From positions 9,796,001 through 9,860,000 of the forward strand of contig NC_043024.1 in NCBI RefSeq assembly GCF_006345805.1: 64,000 bases of DNA. Direction: 5' to 3'. Under the pieces are notes generated by a model. That model did no database searches, was not told the origin of the DNA, and saw nothing but the letters and a program-made list of their open reading frames with translations. The DNA comes from Octopus sinensis. Its lineage: Eukaryota. Both the position numbers and the translations under genes were made by a program. Of this stretch, positions 36,083 through 49,977 are shown piece after piece; the stretch's first letter is position 1, and each line of letters begins with the position of its first letter.

Positions 36083-36374
36083 CTACCGCTGCTGTGTTAA
36101 CGCACCCCTGCCAGTGGCATGTGAAAAGCACCCAGCATCTATTGTAAAATTGTTGGCATTAGGAAGGGCATCCAGTCGTGGGAACAATGTCCCAACAGAC
36201 AATTGGAGTCTGGACAGCTCTATGGTAACAAACTGTCCAACCCATTGCCAGCATGGAAAGCAAACATTAAACGATGATATGTCTGTGTGTCCTGCCACCG
36301 CCTGACAACTTGTGTTGGTGTGTTAACATCCCTGTAACTTAGCAGTTCAGCAAAAGCTACTTATAGAACAAGCG

Positions 36375-36740
36375 TGAGGCGCAATGGCCCAGTGGTTAGG
36401 GCAGCGGATTCGCGGTTTCGATTCCCAGACCGGGCGTTGTGAGTGTTTATTGAGCGAAAACACCTAAAGCTCCACGAGGCTCCGGCAGGGGATGGTGGTG
36501 ATCCCTGCTGTACTCTTTCACCACAACTTTCTCTCACTCTTACTTCCGGTTTCTGTTGTACCTGTATTTCAAAGGGCCGGCCTTGTCACTCTCTGTGTCA
36601 CGCTGAATATCTCCGAGAACTACGCTAAGGGTGCACGTGTCTGTGGAGTGCTCAGCCACTTACACGTTAATTTCACGAGCAGGCTGTTCCGTTGATTCGG
36701 ATCAACCGGAACCCTCGTCGTCGTAACCGACGGAGTGCTT
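36375..36740 (+). mobile_element. tRNA-SINE, tail type c
   Basis: Same head as 22335-22622 but a different 3' tail; tail fragment also at 17580-17720. Confidence 0.75.
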
Positions 36741-37104
36741 CCTCTTACAGAACAAGTACCAGGTTTTAAACAAAACAGAGAAGTACAGAGGTCAATTTGT
36801 TTGATTAAAATACTTGAAAGTGGTGCCCCAGGATGGCCGTGGACTTGAATCAGTTTCCTTCTATCAAATCCACTCACAGGGCTTTGGTTTCTGCCTAGGG
36901 CTATTGTCGAAAACACGGGCCATGCTGGAGCACCGTCTTTAAAAATTTTAGTCAACGGAATCGACCGTTGTAGTTCTGTTTTGTTCAAAACCTGGTATTT
37001 ATTCTATAAGTCTCTTTCGATGAACTGCTAAGTCACAGCAGCACGCTGTGGGATTGAACCTGAAGCCCCGTGGACAGGAAATAAACTTCTTACCAACCAG
37101 CCAT

Positions 37105-37530
37105 GCCTGCACCTACTCTTTTAGTTGTTTCAGTCATTTGACTGCGGCCATGCTGGAGCACCGCCTTTAGTCGAGCAAATCGACCCCGGGACTTATTCTT
37201 TTGTAAGCCCAGTACTTATTCTATCGGTCTCTTTTGCCGAACCGCTAAGTTACGGGGACGTAAACACACCAGCATCGGTTGTCAAGCAATGCTAGCGGGA
37301 CAACACAGACACACAAATATATACACACACACATATATATATATATACATATATACATATATACGACAGGCTTCTTTCAGTTTCCGTCTACCAAATCCAC
37401 TCACAAGGCATTGGTCGGCCCGGGGCTATAGCAGAAGACACTTGCCCAAGGTGCCACGCAGTGGGACTGAACCCGCAACCATGTGGTTGGTTAGCAAGCT
37501 ACTTACCTACCACACAGCCACTCCTGCACC
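37105..37530 (-). mobile_element. Dominant tRNA-SINE
   Basis: Full copy. Confidence 0.85.
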
Positions 37531-39117
37531 TAATTAAAATTTTTCTGTTTCTACCAACAGACACAGAAAAGACATTTCCATTTAATAAATTTTTCTCTTT
37601 TAAATCCAAGTGGGGTAGTCTCCCTTGTGGTTATTACCTCGGCTGCAGTAACTTCCCCTGTATAGTAGTCCTATATCTCTGCTAGTTACTCGTGAGTACC
37701 AACATTAGGAGGCACAATGGCCCAGTGGTTAGGGCACCGGACTCGCGGTCGGAGGATCGTGGTTTCGATTCCCAGACCGGGCGTTGTGTGTGTTTATTGA
37801 GCGAAAAGACCTAAAGCTCCACGAGGCTCTGGCAGGGGGTGGTGGCGACCTCTCTTGTACTCTTTTGCCCCAACTTACTCTCACTCTTTCTTCCTGTTTC
37901 TTGTCCTCCCCGACTTCCTACGCAACCGCTGAGCCTGGATGCGCATTCATCCATCCGTCGATGCTCTCGTGTCGGGGGTTGACCTGCTTTCTGTCTTCTG
38001 CGGGTCTTACGAATAGCAAAGGACCACGTTTCAGACTTCTAGGACGAAGATCGCTTCACTCAGCAGGAACAGCAACAGTACCAACATCAATTAGAACCCA
38101 GCACATCATCATCATCGTTTAACGTCCGCTTTCCATGCTAGCATGGGTTGGACGATTTGACTGAGGACTGGCGAACCAGATGGCTGCACCAGGCTCCAGT
38201 CTGATCTGGCAGTGTTTCTACAGCTGGATGCCCTTCCTAACGCCAACCACTCCGAGAGTGTAGTGGGTAATTTTACGTGCTACCGGCACGAGGGCCAGTT
38301 CAAATTCCGCCGAGGTCGACTTTGCCTTTCATCCTTTCGTACCAATTAGTACCAGTTACGCACTGGGGTTGATGTAATCGACCTAATCCGTTTGTCTGTC
38401 CTTGTTTGTCCTCTCTGTGTTTAGTCCCTTGTGGGTAGTAAAGAAACAGGTACTGGCAACGGCCACGCTCAAAATGGTGTTTTTTACATGCCACCTGCAG
38501 AGCAGTCAGTCCAGCAGCACTGGCAATGACCTCGCTCGAATATTTTGTTCACGTGCCACCAGCACAAGTGCCAGTAAGGCGACGCTGGTAACGATTACGC
38601 TCAAATGGTGCTTTTTACGTGCCACGAGCACGGAAGCCAGTCAGCTGCTGAGACAGTGATTCCACTTGGATGGAGCTGTTAGCGCTCCACTGGCACGGGT
38701 GCCAGTCATCAAATTTGGTTCAATTTTGGACCTAGCATAAAGCTGTCTCCTTCTCCACTGGAGCCCCACGCAGTTGAAAGTGGATCTTAGTCTTTGAAAG
38801 CTACATGGCAACCTTTATAGTTCTGGTGCCACAAAAAAAAAAAAACATGTACCCCATTACACAGTACAATTCAAATAAAGACAACGAAGGATTTGAGAGT
38901 GTTCTTTAATCCTGCAGATGGTAAGACAACCTCACTGGTGTTGGTGCTACGACAATCTGTATGTACCCAGTTACTCTCTGTAAAGTGATTGGTGTTAGGG
39001 GGGACATCCAGCTGCCGAAACTATGCCAAAACAGATATAGGAACTCAAGGCATTCCTTGGACTGATCAAATCTTGTGAAGTCCTCCAACCTATGACAGCA
39101 AGGAAGACGGACATTAA

Positions 39118-39150
<33 letters not shown>

Positions 39151-39456
39151 TTTATTTAATTTGCTTTTCGCGGGAAGGAAAGTTTCTATCGAAGATGCGT
39201 ATCGCCTTCAACTTCGAAACGCAGAGTAGATGAAACCATGGCGGCTGAAGAAGGGGAATTTTCCTTGTGTTAATTGTCCTGTACTCTATCTTTTCGTTGT
39301 TTAAGAAAAATGTCCAGTTCCTTGGTTTTGTGTTTATGTTTTCGTTTCTCATTGTGTTCGACGTTTTTTGGTGTCCTGTACCCATACATGCATGTATATA
39401 TACGTGTAGAGGTAGGTACGTACATATATGTATGTATATATGCATATGTTTTATTT

Positions 39457-39504
<48 letters not shown>

Positions 39505-40204
39505 GACGGGCTTCTTTCAGTTTCCATCTACCAAATCCACTCACAAGGCATCGGTTGTCAAGCAATGCTAGGGGGACAAACACAGACACAGAAACACATA
39601 CATATACATACATATATACGACGGGTTTCATTTAGTTTCCGTCTACCAAATCCACTCACAAGGCTTTGGTCGGCTCATAGCTATAGTAGAAGACACTTGC
39701 CCAAGGTGCCACGCAGTGGGACTGAACCCGGAACCATGTTGTTGGGAAGCAAACGTGTTACCATAGATCTGAGAAGGGCATCAAGCGGTAGAATCCAGGC
39801 CAGTGTGGTCAGTGGATTACGAGGCAATCCTTGGATCCGTCACATCCTATCAGTTCGTCCAACCTCTCTCTGCCAGCGTGGAAGAAGCGCGTTTGGAGGA
39901 TTATATCGCCTTATCTATCTCTATCGATCGATCAACACTCCTACACACACACACACATCCTGCCGTTTTCCCCACTCACTATTTCAGGAAGGATCGCAGG
40001 TCAAGAGTCCTTTGGCACCTCCTCTATAGGATCCAATCATAAGCAACCATCATTGCATTTCCCTACACACATACACACACGTGTATGTATATATAGATGT
40101 GTATATGTGTGTGTGCTTGCATGCGTGCTTGTAGTCTAACCCATGCCAGCACAGAAAATGGACGTTAAATTATCAGTATATATATAAATATCAGTACATA
40201 AGTA

Positions 40205-40600
40205 CGTGTGTACGAGCAGGAACGTATGTATGTATGTATGTATGTATGTATGTATGTATGTATGTATGTATGTATGTATGTATGTATGTATGTATGTATG
40301 TATGCATGTATGTATGTATATATGTCTGTCTGTCTGTCTGTATGTATGTATGTATGAATGCATGTATGCATGTATGTACGTATGTATGTATGTATGCACG
40401 AATGTATGTATATATGTATGTATGTATGCACGTGTGCATGTATGTATGTATGCACGTGCGCATGTATGTATGTATGTATGTATGTATGTATGTATGAATG
40501 TATGTATGTATGTATGTATGTACGTATGTATGTATGTATATATGTATGTATGCATATATATGTATATATGTATGTATGTATGTGTGTATGCATATATATG

Positions 40601-40634
<34 letters not shown>

Positions 40635-40745
40635 TGTATGTATGTACGTACGTATATATGTATGTCTGTATGTATGTACGTACGTATATATGTATGTCTG
40701 TATGCATGTACGTGTGTGTATGTACGTACGTATGTATGTATGTGT
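40205..40745. repeat. (TATG)n microsatellite
   Basis: Direct reading. Confidence 0.95.
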
Positions 40746-42098
40746 GTGTAGTGAGTGTGTATACAAAGAAATTGACAAAGGGAGAAAGAGAGAGAGAAAC
40801 AGTGTGTGATTATGGCAAGCAAGCAAGTGACGTAGAGCGCAGCAATCGTTGACAAGCTACACACAGGCGTGGTTGATAGCTGAACACAGAGAGATCTGAG
40901 TGGTTTAGTAATTAACAACCTTTTCCATAACACACAGACACACACACACACCACGCACACTATCTGGGCCTCCTCTGTTTCAAATAAACAAAGCACCACA
41001 AATTCTCCTCGACTCCACCTCAAGGAACACTAAATTATTTCCTTTTTAATTAATTTTATTAACTGACATGTCATTTGCACCTAATTAAGTCACTTAATTG
41101 GACTGTCATAGTGCTTTTACTATATATATTTTTTCGTTTTAGTATACCCCTCTCTCTTTGCTTAACCATTAATTCCTGTTCTAACTTTCGTTTCAACCCA
41201 TGGAGCTCCTGATAACAATAAACACTCATATATCTCCTGAATGTAGTAAAAATTTACAGCTATAGACAGACAGTCCATTTAACCTACATTTATATTTATA
41301 TATACACACACATAATACACTCGTCTTGTTTATCGACACACTGGATACAAAACAAGCCAAGCCAGGGAGTGGAGTTTTCTTTCTGCATACGTGGTCATCG
41401 AGCAGTTTAGAAATAGCAGCTAAAAACCAACCACATGTGTGTCGAGCCACACAATTAAATTCAAACACTGACAGGACCCCCATCGGATAATTTGGGATAA
41501 TTTGACCCTTTGTAAATACTACACCAGAAAAAAACAAGCCAAGCCAGGGAGTGGAGTTTTCTTCTGCATACGTGGTCATCGAGCATTTTAGAAATAGCAG
41601 CCAAAAACCAACCACATGTGTGTCGAACCACACAATTAAATTCAAGCACTTTGCTGGACCCCCATCGGATAATTTGAGATAATTTGACCCTTTGTAAATT
41701 CGACACCAGAAAATAAAAAACGAAAAAAAGTCACATGCAGATACATGCAAAAGAATAAATAAAAATACAGTGGTGGAGGTCACGGCTGGGATGCTATTTG
41801 ACCCCAGATCTGCTTTCAAACAGTGACTGGACCCCCATCGGATAATTTGAGATAATTTGACCCTTTTTAAATACTACACCAGAAAATTAAAAAATATATA
41901 TTAAAAGTCACATGCAGATACATGCAAAAGAATAAATAAAAAATATAGTGGTGGAGGTCACGGCTGGGATGCTATTTGACCCCAGATCTGCTTGATCTGG
42001 GCCACTAACCTCGGTGCTATACTACCACAGCAGCTACTACCACCACTGCCACCACGACCACAACACGCACATTGGATTATATTTTGGTTTTGTACCAG

Positions 42099-42166
42099 AG
42101 ACAAGAGATGGCAGTCTATAGATTGTTCCCGCTTCCGTCTTTATAAATCTTCTACACCCAACCATA
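42099..42166 (+). other. Putative 5'UTR exon of an unidentified + strand gene
   Basis: ttttggttttgtaccag acceptor and ATA|GTAAGT donor; unique sequence between repeats. Confidence 0.35.
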
Positions 42167-42262
42167 GTAAGTCTATATAATATATATACACTCATAATAT
42201 ATATATGCATACATACATACGCGTGTAATACATACATAATACAGATATGCAGTATATATTAC

Positions 42263-42297
<35 letters not shown>

Positions 42298-42306
42298 CTA
42301 TATATT

Positions 42307-42344
<38 letters not shown>

Positions 42345-42525
42345 CATGTATATATATATATATTATTTGCATGTATATATATATATATATTTGCATGTTT
42401 ATATATCTATATATATTTGCATGTATATATTTATATATTTGCATGTATATATATTTATATATATATATGCATGTATATATATATATATATATATATATAT
42501 TTAGAATAATATATATATATGAATT

Positions 42526-42561
<36 letters not shown>

Positions 42562-44156
42562 ATAACTATTATGTATGTATCTGGTGTGTGTTAAGATATT
42601 GTCTGTCTGTTTGCATATATATTCGTATACACTGTTTTCTGTCTATATAATACGTTAGACATCACCATGTATAGTAAAATATATTCATATACATACACAT
42701 TTTTTATATACACACACACACACACACACCCAAGACACGTGCATGAATGTAGATACGAGTGAACATCATTATGCATGTATATATATATATATATATACGT
42801 GTGCACGCATGTATATATATATACACGTACAGACACACACACATATATATATTTATACACCCAGAGAAAGAAGGTATTATGCAGATAGCATTTCATCTGT
42901 AATTACATAATTATATGTGTGTATGCATGTGTATATATAAACCTTATATATCCTTGTGTGTGTGTATAAAACTTGCGTTGGGGGCTGCACCCATACACAT
43001 TCATGTGCACACATATATATAGACTCATATATACATACATGCATATACACACATTCCTTCTGCTCCTTTTCATCCACCCCTGTCAACGTATTTAACGTTG
43101 GGTATATAACTCTGTAATGTCATATATATATATATATACATATATATACATATATATATTTACATATATACATATATTTATATACATATACATATATATA
43201 TACCTATACATATATATATACCTATACATATATATATATATACCTATACATATATATATATATACCTATACCTATATATATATACATATACCTATATATA
43301 TATATATATACACATATACCTATATATATATATATATATACACGCATTGCAAATTTGTAATGTTATTATATAAATATACAACGTTTTATACACACGTTGC
43401 GCTATGACACTTGAGGTTGCTAACGATGTATATTTCATTATGAAGGTTTTTTAACTGGTTGAGGGGAGGGTCTTTGGTCCCCTTTCAAAGCAACCACGAA
43501 TTTCATTCATTGCTGCCATAATCACCACCGACACCACCACCACCACATAACCATCGCCCTCCTCCTCATCATCATCATCAACTATACAAAACGATTTTGA
43601 AGCATATTTATTGATCATCAATGTGGCAGTGTGCGTGTGGTTCTGTGTATGTATATGTGTGGTTATATGCGAGAGAGAGAGAGAGAGAGAAAGGAAGAAA
43701 GAGAAATTATGTGAAGCATTCAAAATTTCCACCACCAACCAACCAGCCCCTCCTACATTGCTACTACTTCTTATATTTCTAATAATAATTGTTGGCACCA
43801 GATCTGCAGAATTTTTTTAAAGGCAGGTGGTTCGTCTGTTCCATCGACCCAGGTCTTCAACGTGTACTTTATTTTATTATAGACCTATAAAAGCATGAAC
43901 GGCAAAGTCGACCTCGGCGACATTTGAACTCAGGAATATAGAGAGATAGATAGATAGGAATATAGATAGATAGATAGATAGAGATAGATAGATAGATACA
44001 TACATACATACATACATACATACATACATACATACATACATACATCATACATACATACATACATACATACATACATAGAAAGAGATAGGTAGATAGATAG
44101 GTAGATAGAAATATAGATAGATAGGTAGATAGACAGACAAACAGACGGACGAAAAT

Positions 44157-44864
44157 GGGATCTTTTCGGTTTGAACGGCAGTTTTTAAAAATAATTTCCA
44201 CTTAACTAAACACTTTTAAACTTCGTAAACTGGTAGAATGTGTTTATAAAACATCTTTTTCTCTTGGCTTTATTGAGAAAATTCTATAGTTTGTAAGATA
44301 TTTGTGTTTTTTTCTTCAATTTCTGCAATTTCAACCAATCAATGACGTCTATTGAGGTGAAAACATTCTATAAAAGCATGAACGGCAAAGTCGACCTCGG
44401 CGACATTTGAACTCGGAATGTATAAAAGACGGACGAAATCTGGGATCTTTTCGGTTTGAACGGCAGTTTTTATTAAAAAATAATTTCCACGTAACTAAAC
44501 ACTTTTAAACTTCGTATACTGGTAGAATGTGCTCATAAAACATCTTTTTCTCTTGGCTTTATTGAGAATATTCTATTGTTTGTAAGATATTTGTTGTTGT
44601 TTTTTTCTTCAATTTCTGCAATTTCAACCAATCAATGACGTCTATTGAGGTAAAAAAAAACATTCTGTGCCTTATGAATATGCCCCTCGTTTAAGAAACA
44701 GATTGGGTTTATTTACATTTGCGAAGAAAAAAAGATACCCTTCCCTCCACCCCTAACCCTAAAACAGATTGAAATGCAATAGATTGATACTAGGGTCGTA
44801 ATTATGGGTGACAATTTCATATGACACTGCTAGAAAAAACTGCCGTTCAAACCGAAAAGATCCC
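44157..44864. mobile_element. TIR element (MITE) with an internal tandem duplication
   Basis: TIR gggatcttttcggtttgaacggcagtttt (44157, repeated at 44442) and its reverse complement ending at 44864; GAAAAT on both outer flanks. Confidence 0.75.
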
Positions 44865-44977
44865 GAAAATGCCTCTGAGCCTTTTTGTACGACAGTCAAA
44901 CGATTCTATCAATACGTTTGCCACAAGGGCGTCTGACGAGGGGAACGTTACGAAACAGTTTGCAGTTAAGTTTTAGA

Positions 44978-45850
44978 GGAGTGACTGTGTGGTAAGTAGC
45001 TTGCTAACCAACCACATGGTTCTGGGTTCAGTCCCACTGCGTGGCACCTTGGGCAAGTGTCTTCTACTATAGCCTTGGGCCGACCAAAGCCTTGTGAGTG
45101 GATTTGGTAGATGGAAACTGAAAGAAGCCCGTCTTATATATGTATATAGGTGTAGGAGTGACTGTGTGGTAAGTAGCTTGCTAACCAACCACATGGTTCT
45201 GGGTTCAGTTCCACTGTGTGGCACCTTGGGCAAGTGTCTTCTACTATAGCCTTGGGCCGACCAAAGCCTTGTGAGTGGATTTGGTAGATGGAAACTGAAA
45301 GAAGCCCGTCGTATATATGTATATAGGTGTAGGAGTGGCTGTGTGGTAAGTAGCTTGCTAACCAACCACATGGTTCTGGGTTCAGTCCCACTGCGTGGCA
45401 CCTTGGGCAAGTGTCTTCTACTATAGCCTTGGGCCAACCAAAGCCTTGTGAGTGGATTTGGTAGATGGAAACTGAAAGAAGCCCGTCGTATATATGTATA
45501 TAGGTGTAGGAGTGACTGTGTGGTAAGTAGCTTGCTAACCAACCACATGGTTCTGGGTTCAGTCCCACTGCGTGGCACCTTGGGCAAGTGTCTTCTACTA
45601 TAGCCTTGGGCCGACCAAAGCCTTGTGAGTGGATTTGGTAGATGGAAACTGAAAGAAGCCCGTCGTATATATGTATATAGGTGTAGGAGTGACTGTGTGG
45701 TAAGTAGCTTGCTAACCAACCACATGGTTCTGGGTTCAGTTCCACTGTGTGGCACCTTGGGCAAGTGTCTTCTACTATAGCCTTGGGCCGACCAAAGCCT
45801 TGTGAGTGGATTTGGTAGACGGAAACTGAAAGAAGCCTGTCGTATATATG

Positions 45851-45887
<37 letters not shown>

Positions 45888-46098
45888 TTGTGTGTCTGTG
45901 TTTGTCCCCCTAGCATTGCTTGACAACCGATGCTGGTGTGTTTACGTCCCCATAACTTAGCGGTTCGGCTAAAGAGACCGATAGAATAAGTACTAGGCTT
46001 ACAAAGAATAAATCCTGGTGATCGATTTGGTCGACTAAAGGCGGTGCTCCAGCATGGTCACAGTCAAAATGACTGAAACAAGTAAAAGAATAAAAGAA
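44978..46098 (+). repeat. Five tandem 177-bp SINE heads followed by one SINE 3' half
   Basis: Unit starts at 44978, 45155, 45332, 45509 and 45686. Confidence 0.93.
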
Positions 46099-47099
46099 TT
46101 TTTAAAAAGTGAGTGTGGGAGGGAGAAGTAGGAGGAAAGATGAATTCTGTTATTTTTTTTTACTTGTTTCAGTTATTAGATTGCGACCAAGCTGGGGCAC
46201 CGCCTTGGAGAATTTTTAGTCAAATGGATCGACCCCAGCACTAATAATTTTTTGTAAAGCCTGGTATTTATTCTATTGGGGGCTCTTTTGCCGAATCGCT
46301 AAGTTACCGGGACGTAAACACACCAACACAGGTTGTCAAGCGGTGGCGTGGGGTGTGTGTGGATAAACACAGACACAAAGACACAAACACGCACACACAT
46401 GGCGGGCTTCTTTCAGTTTCCGTCTACCAAATCCATTCACAAGGCTTTGGTCGGTCTAGGGCTATAATAGAAGACACTTGCCCAAGGTGCCATGCAGTGG
46501 GATTGACCCCAGAGCCATGTGGTTGGGAAGCAAGCTTCATATCACACGACTACACTTGCACCTATATTTTGGCGGCGAGTGGCAGAAACGTTAGCACGCT
46601 GGGCGAAATGCGTAGTCGTATTTCATCTGTCGTTACGTTCCGAGTTCAAATTCCACCGAGGTCGACTTAGCCTTCATCCTTCAGGTCGAGAAAATAAGAT
46701 AACCAGTAAGTACGCACTGGGGTCGATGTAATCGACTTAATCGTTTGTGTGTCCTTGTTTGTCCCCTCTGTGTTTAGCCCCTTGTGGGTAGTAAAGAAAT
46801 AGGTATTCGTCTGTCGTATTACGTTTGAGTTCAAATTCCGCCGAGGTCGACTTAGCCTTTCATCCTTCGGGGGTCGATAAATTAAGTACCAGTTACGCAC
46901 TGGGATCGATGTAATCGACTTAATCCGTTTGTTGTCCTTGTTTGTCTTCTCTGTTTAGCCCCTTGTGGGTAGTAAGTAAAGAAATATATATTTGGACAGT
47001 ATATAAACGGTATACTAAATTCGTGAACAGAAGGTTGCTATTGTTCTTCTGATACAAGGGAACCTCTCATCAGGACTAGATTTATAACCCTTACAGGTC

Positions 47100-47450
47100 A
47101 TTGCTGCAGCTTAAGGCCGAAAAGAGAAAGATCAGGCCGAAAATGTCGCTAGAAGCTAGGATCACCAAGCATAGATTGACATATTTTGGGCATATTATGA
47201 GAAAATCCCTGGAGAAGGACATCATGCTCGGAATGGTCAGTGGCAAGAGAGGAAGAGGCCGACCAATGGAGAAGTTCTTAAGCAGTCAGGCCGAAAAATG
47301 TCGCTAGAAGCTAGGATCACCAGCGTAGATTGGCATATTTTGGTCATATTATGCGGAGAAAATCCTTGGAGAAGGACATTCATGCTCGGAATGGTCAGTG
47401 GCAAGAGAGGAAGGGGCCGGCCAAGAACCCGCTGGCTTGACACCATCAAG
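47100..47450 (+). mobile_element. RTE-like LINE C-terminal fragment, partly duplicated
   Basis: LEARITKHRLTYFGHIMRKSLEKDIMLGMVSGKRGRGRP; the second copy ends RGRPRTRWLDTIK. Confidence 0.8.
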
Positions 47451-47549
47451 AGTAATACCGGAATTGGACATATGTCTTCTCCCATAGCCTCGGGCCGACC
47501 AAAGCCTTGTGAGTGGATTTGGTAGACGGAAACTGAAAGAAGCCCGTCG

Positions 47550-47583
<34 letters not shown>

Positions 47584-47649
47584 TGTATATATATATATAT
47601 ATTTATATAATATATATATTATATACAAACACACACACACACCACAGGT

Positions 47650-48430
47650 GCAGGAGTGGCTGTGTGGTAAGTACCTTGCTTCCCAACCACATGGTTCCGG
47701 GTTCAGTCCCACTGCGTGGCACCTTGTCCGAGTGTATTCTACTATAGCATCGGGCCAACCAAAGCCTTGTCAGAGGATTTGGTAGACGGAAACTGAAAGA
47801 AGCCCATTGTTATATAATATACATATGTGTTTGTGTGTTTGTGTTTGTCCTCCTAGCATTGCTTGACAACCGATGCTGGGTGTGTTACGTCCCTGTAACT
47901 TAGGGTTCGGCAAAAGAGACGATAAAATAAGTACTAGGCTTACAAAGAATAGTCCTGGGGGTCGATTTGCTCGACTAAAGGCGGTGTCCCAGCATGGCCG
48001 CAGTCAAAATGACTGAAACAAGTAAAAGAGTATATATATATATGGCTGTGTGGTAAGTAGCTTGCTTACCAACCCCATGGTTCTGGGTTCAGTCCCACTG
48101 TGTGGCGCCTTGGGCAAGTGTCTTCTACTATAGCCTCGGGCTGACCAAAGACTTGTGAATGGATTTGGTTGACGGAAACTGAAAGAAGACCGTCATATAT
48201 ATATATATATATATATAGGTATGTGTGTGTGTTTGTTTGTCTCCCCAACATCGCTTGACAACCAATGCTGGTGTGTTTACGTCCCAGAACTTAGCAGTTC
48301 GGCAAAAAAGACCGATAAGATAAGTACTAGGCTTACAAAAAGAATAAGTCCCGGGGTCGATTTGCTCGACTAAAGGCAGTGCTTCAGCATGGCCACAGTC
48401 AAATGACTGAAACAAGTAAAAGAGAGAAAG
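47650..48430 (+). mobile_element. Two tandem dominant tRNA-SINEs
   Basis: Copies at 47650-48030 and 48043-48430. Confidence 0.85.
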
Positions 48431-49208
48431 AGAGGGAGTTTGTAAGATATTTGTTGTGTTTTTTCTTCAATTTCTGCAATTTCAACCAATCAATGACGTC
48501 TATTGAGGTAAAAAACATTCTGTGCCGTATGAATATGTCCCTCATTTAAGAAACAGATTGGGTTTATGTACAGTTGTGAAGAAAAAAAGATACCCTTCCC
48601 CGCACCCCTAACTCTAACCCTAGCCCTAAAACAGATTGAAAAGAGACCGATAGAATAAGTACTAGGCTTACAAAGAATAAGTCCTGCGGTCGATTTGCTA
48701 GACTAAAAAGGCGGTGCTCCAGCATGGCCGCAGTCAAATGCCTGAAACAAGTAAAAGAGAAAAGAGAACACACACACACACATGCTAATGTAACACTTTC
48801 CCTCTCTCTCTCTCTCTCTCTCTCTCTGTGTCTATTAAGACAATACCACACCTTGAAATATCTGACCCAATTACCTTCCCCTGCCGCTCCCCGCCACTTC
48901 CTCCCAAGCTGGGAGTTCCTTCCTGGTCGACTGGTATCACTTTCAGGGGACCCTGACACATATGGGGCCCTCCTCTTTTCTCCTCCTACCTTAATCTCAC
49001 AACTCCCACCACTACCCACTCCTACCCCTACCTTCATTCCTAAAAGTATTACACAAGAATTATTTTTCTACTGCTACTACTACTACTACTACTGTGCCAT
49101 GGCCAATAAGGTAAATCCGAGGCATGGTTATTGCTAGTTGAAAACTACTACTACTACTACTAATAATAATAATAATTATTATTATTATTGTTATTATTAT
49201 TATTAATC

Positions 49209-49241
<33 letters not shown>

Positions 49242-49977
49242 CCTTTCTGCTGGAAGCACAAAGTTTCAGATTTTGGGAAAGGGATTAAGTGGATTATATC
49301 AACCCCAGTGCGTAACTGGTACTTATTTAATCGACCCCGAAAGGATGAAAGGCAAAGCGGACCTCGGTGGAATTTGAACTCAGAACGTAACGGCAGACGA
49401 AATACCTATTTCTTTATTACCCACAAGGGGCTAAACACAGAGAGGACAAACAAGGACAGACAAACAGATTAAGCTGATTATATCGACCCCAGTGCGTAAC
49501 TGGTACTTATTTAATCGACCCCGAAAGGATGAAAGGTAAAGTCGACCTCGGCGGAATTTGAACTCAGAACGTAACGGCAGACAAAATACCTATTTCTATT
49601 TCTTTACTACCCACAAGGGGCTAAACACAGAGGGAACAAACGGATTAAGTCGATTATATCGATCCCAGTGCGTAACTGGTACTTATTTAATTGACCCCGA
49701 AAGATGAAAGGCAAAGTCAACCTCGGCGGAATTTGAACTCAGAACATAACGACAGACAAAATACCGCTAAGCATTTCGCCCGGCGTGCTAACGATTCTGC
49801 CAGCTCGCCGCCTTAGTAGTAGTAGTAGTAGTAGTAGTACTAGTAGTAATAATAATAATAATTTGTTGTTTCTTTCTCTTCCACTACCACCACCACCGCT
49901 GCTGCTACTACCACCCATACCTCCAATTGCTGTCCATTAGAACCAGTGTGAAAGGGAGAAATACAAAACCAGCAACA

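Noticed and set aside
36378-36450. tRNA-like sequences (A/B boxes, cloverleaf-like)
   Set aside because: They are heads of multi-copy SINEs continuing into conserved bodies; not called as tRNA genes.
39238-39270. accATGGCGGCTGAAGAAGGG, a Kozak-like start
   Set aside because: No convincing donor site follows, and it is embedded among repeat fragments.
39760-39910. Protein-like frame [33 protein letters not shown]
   Set aside because: No splice sites and no family recognised; insufficient support.
44749-44762. CCCTAACCCTAA telomere-like motif
   Set aside because: Only two units and internal to a MITE (also at about 48606); not an interstitial telomere.
44929-44963. CTGACGA...GAAAC hammerhead-like words
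   Set aside because: Core words are canonical but stems I and II do not pair convincingly; at best a decayed copy.
44973-45926. 317-aa repetitive ORF
   Set aside because: Antisense read-through of five tandem SINE heads (177 = 59 x 3), not a gene.
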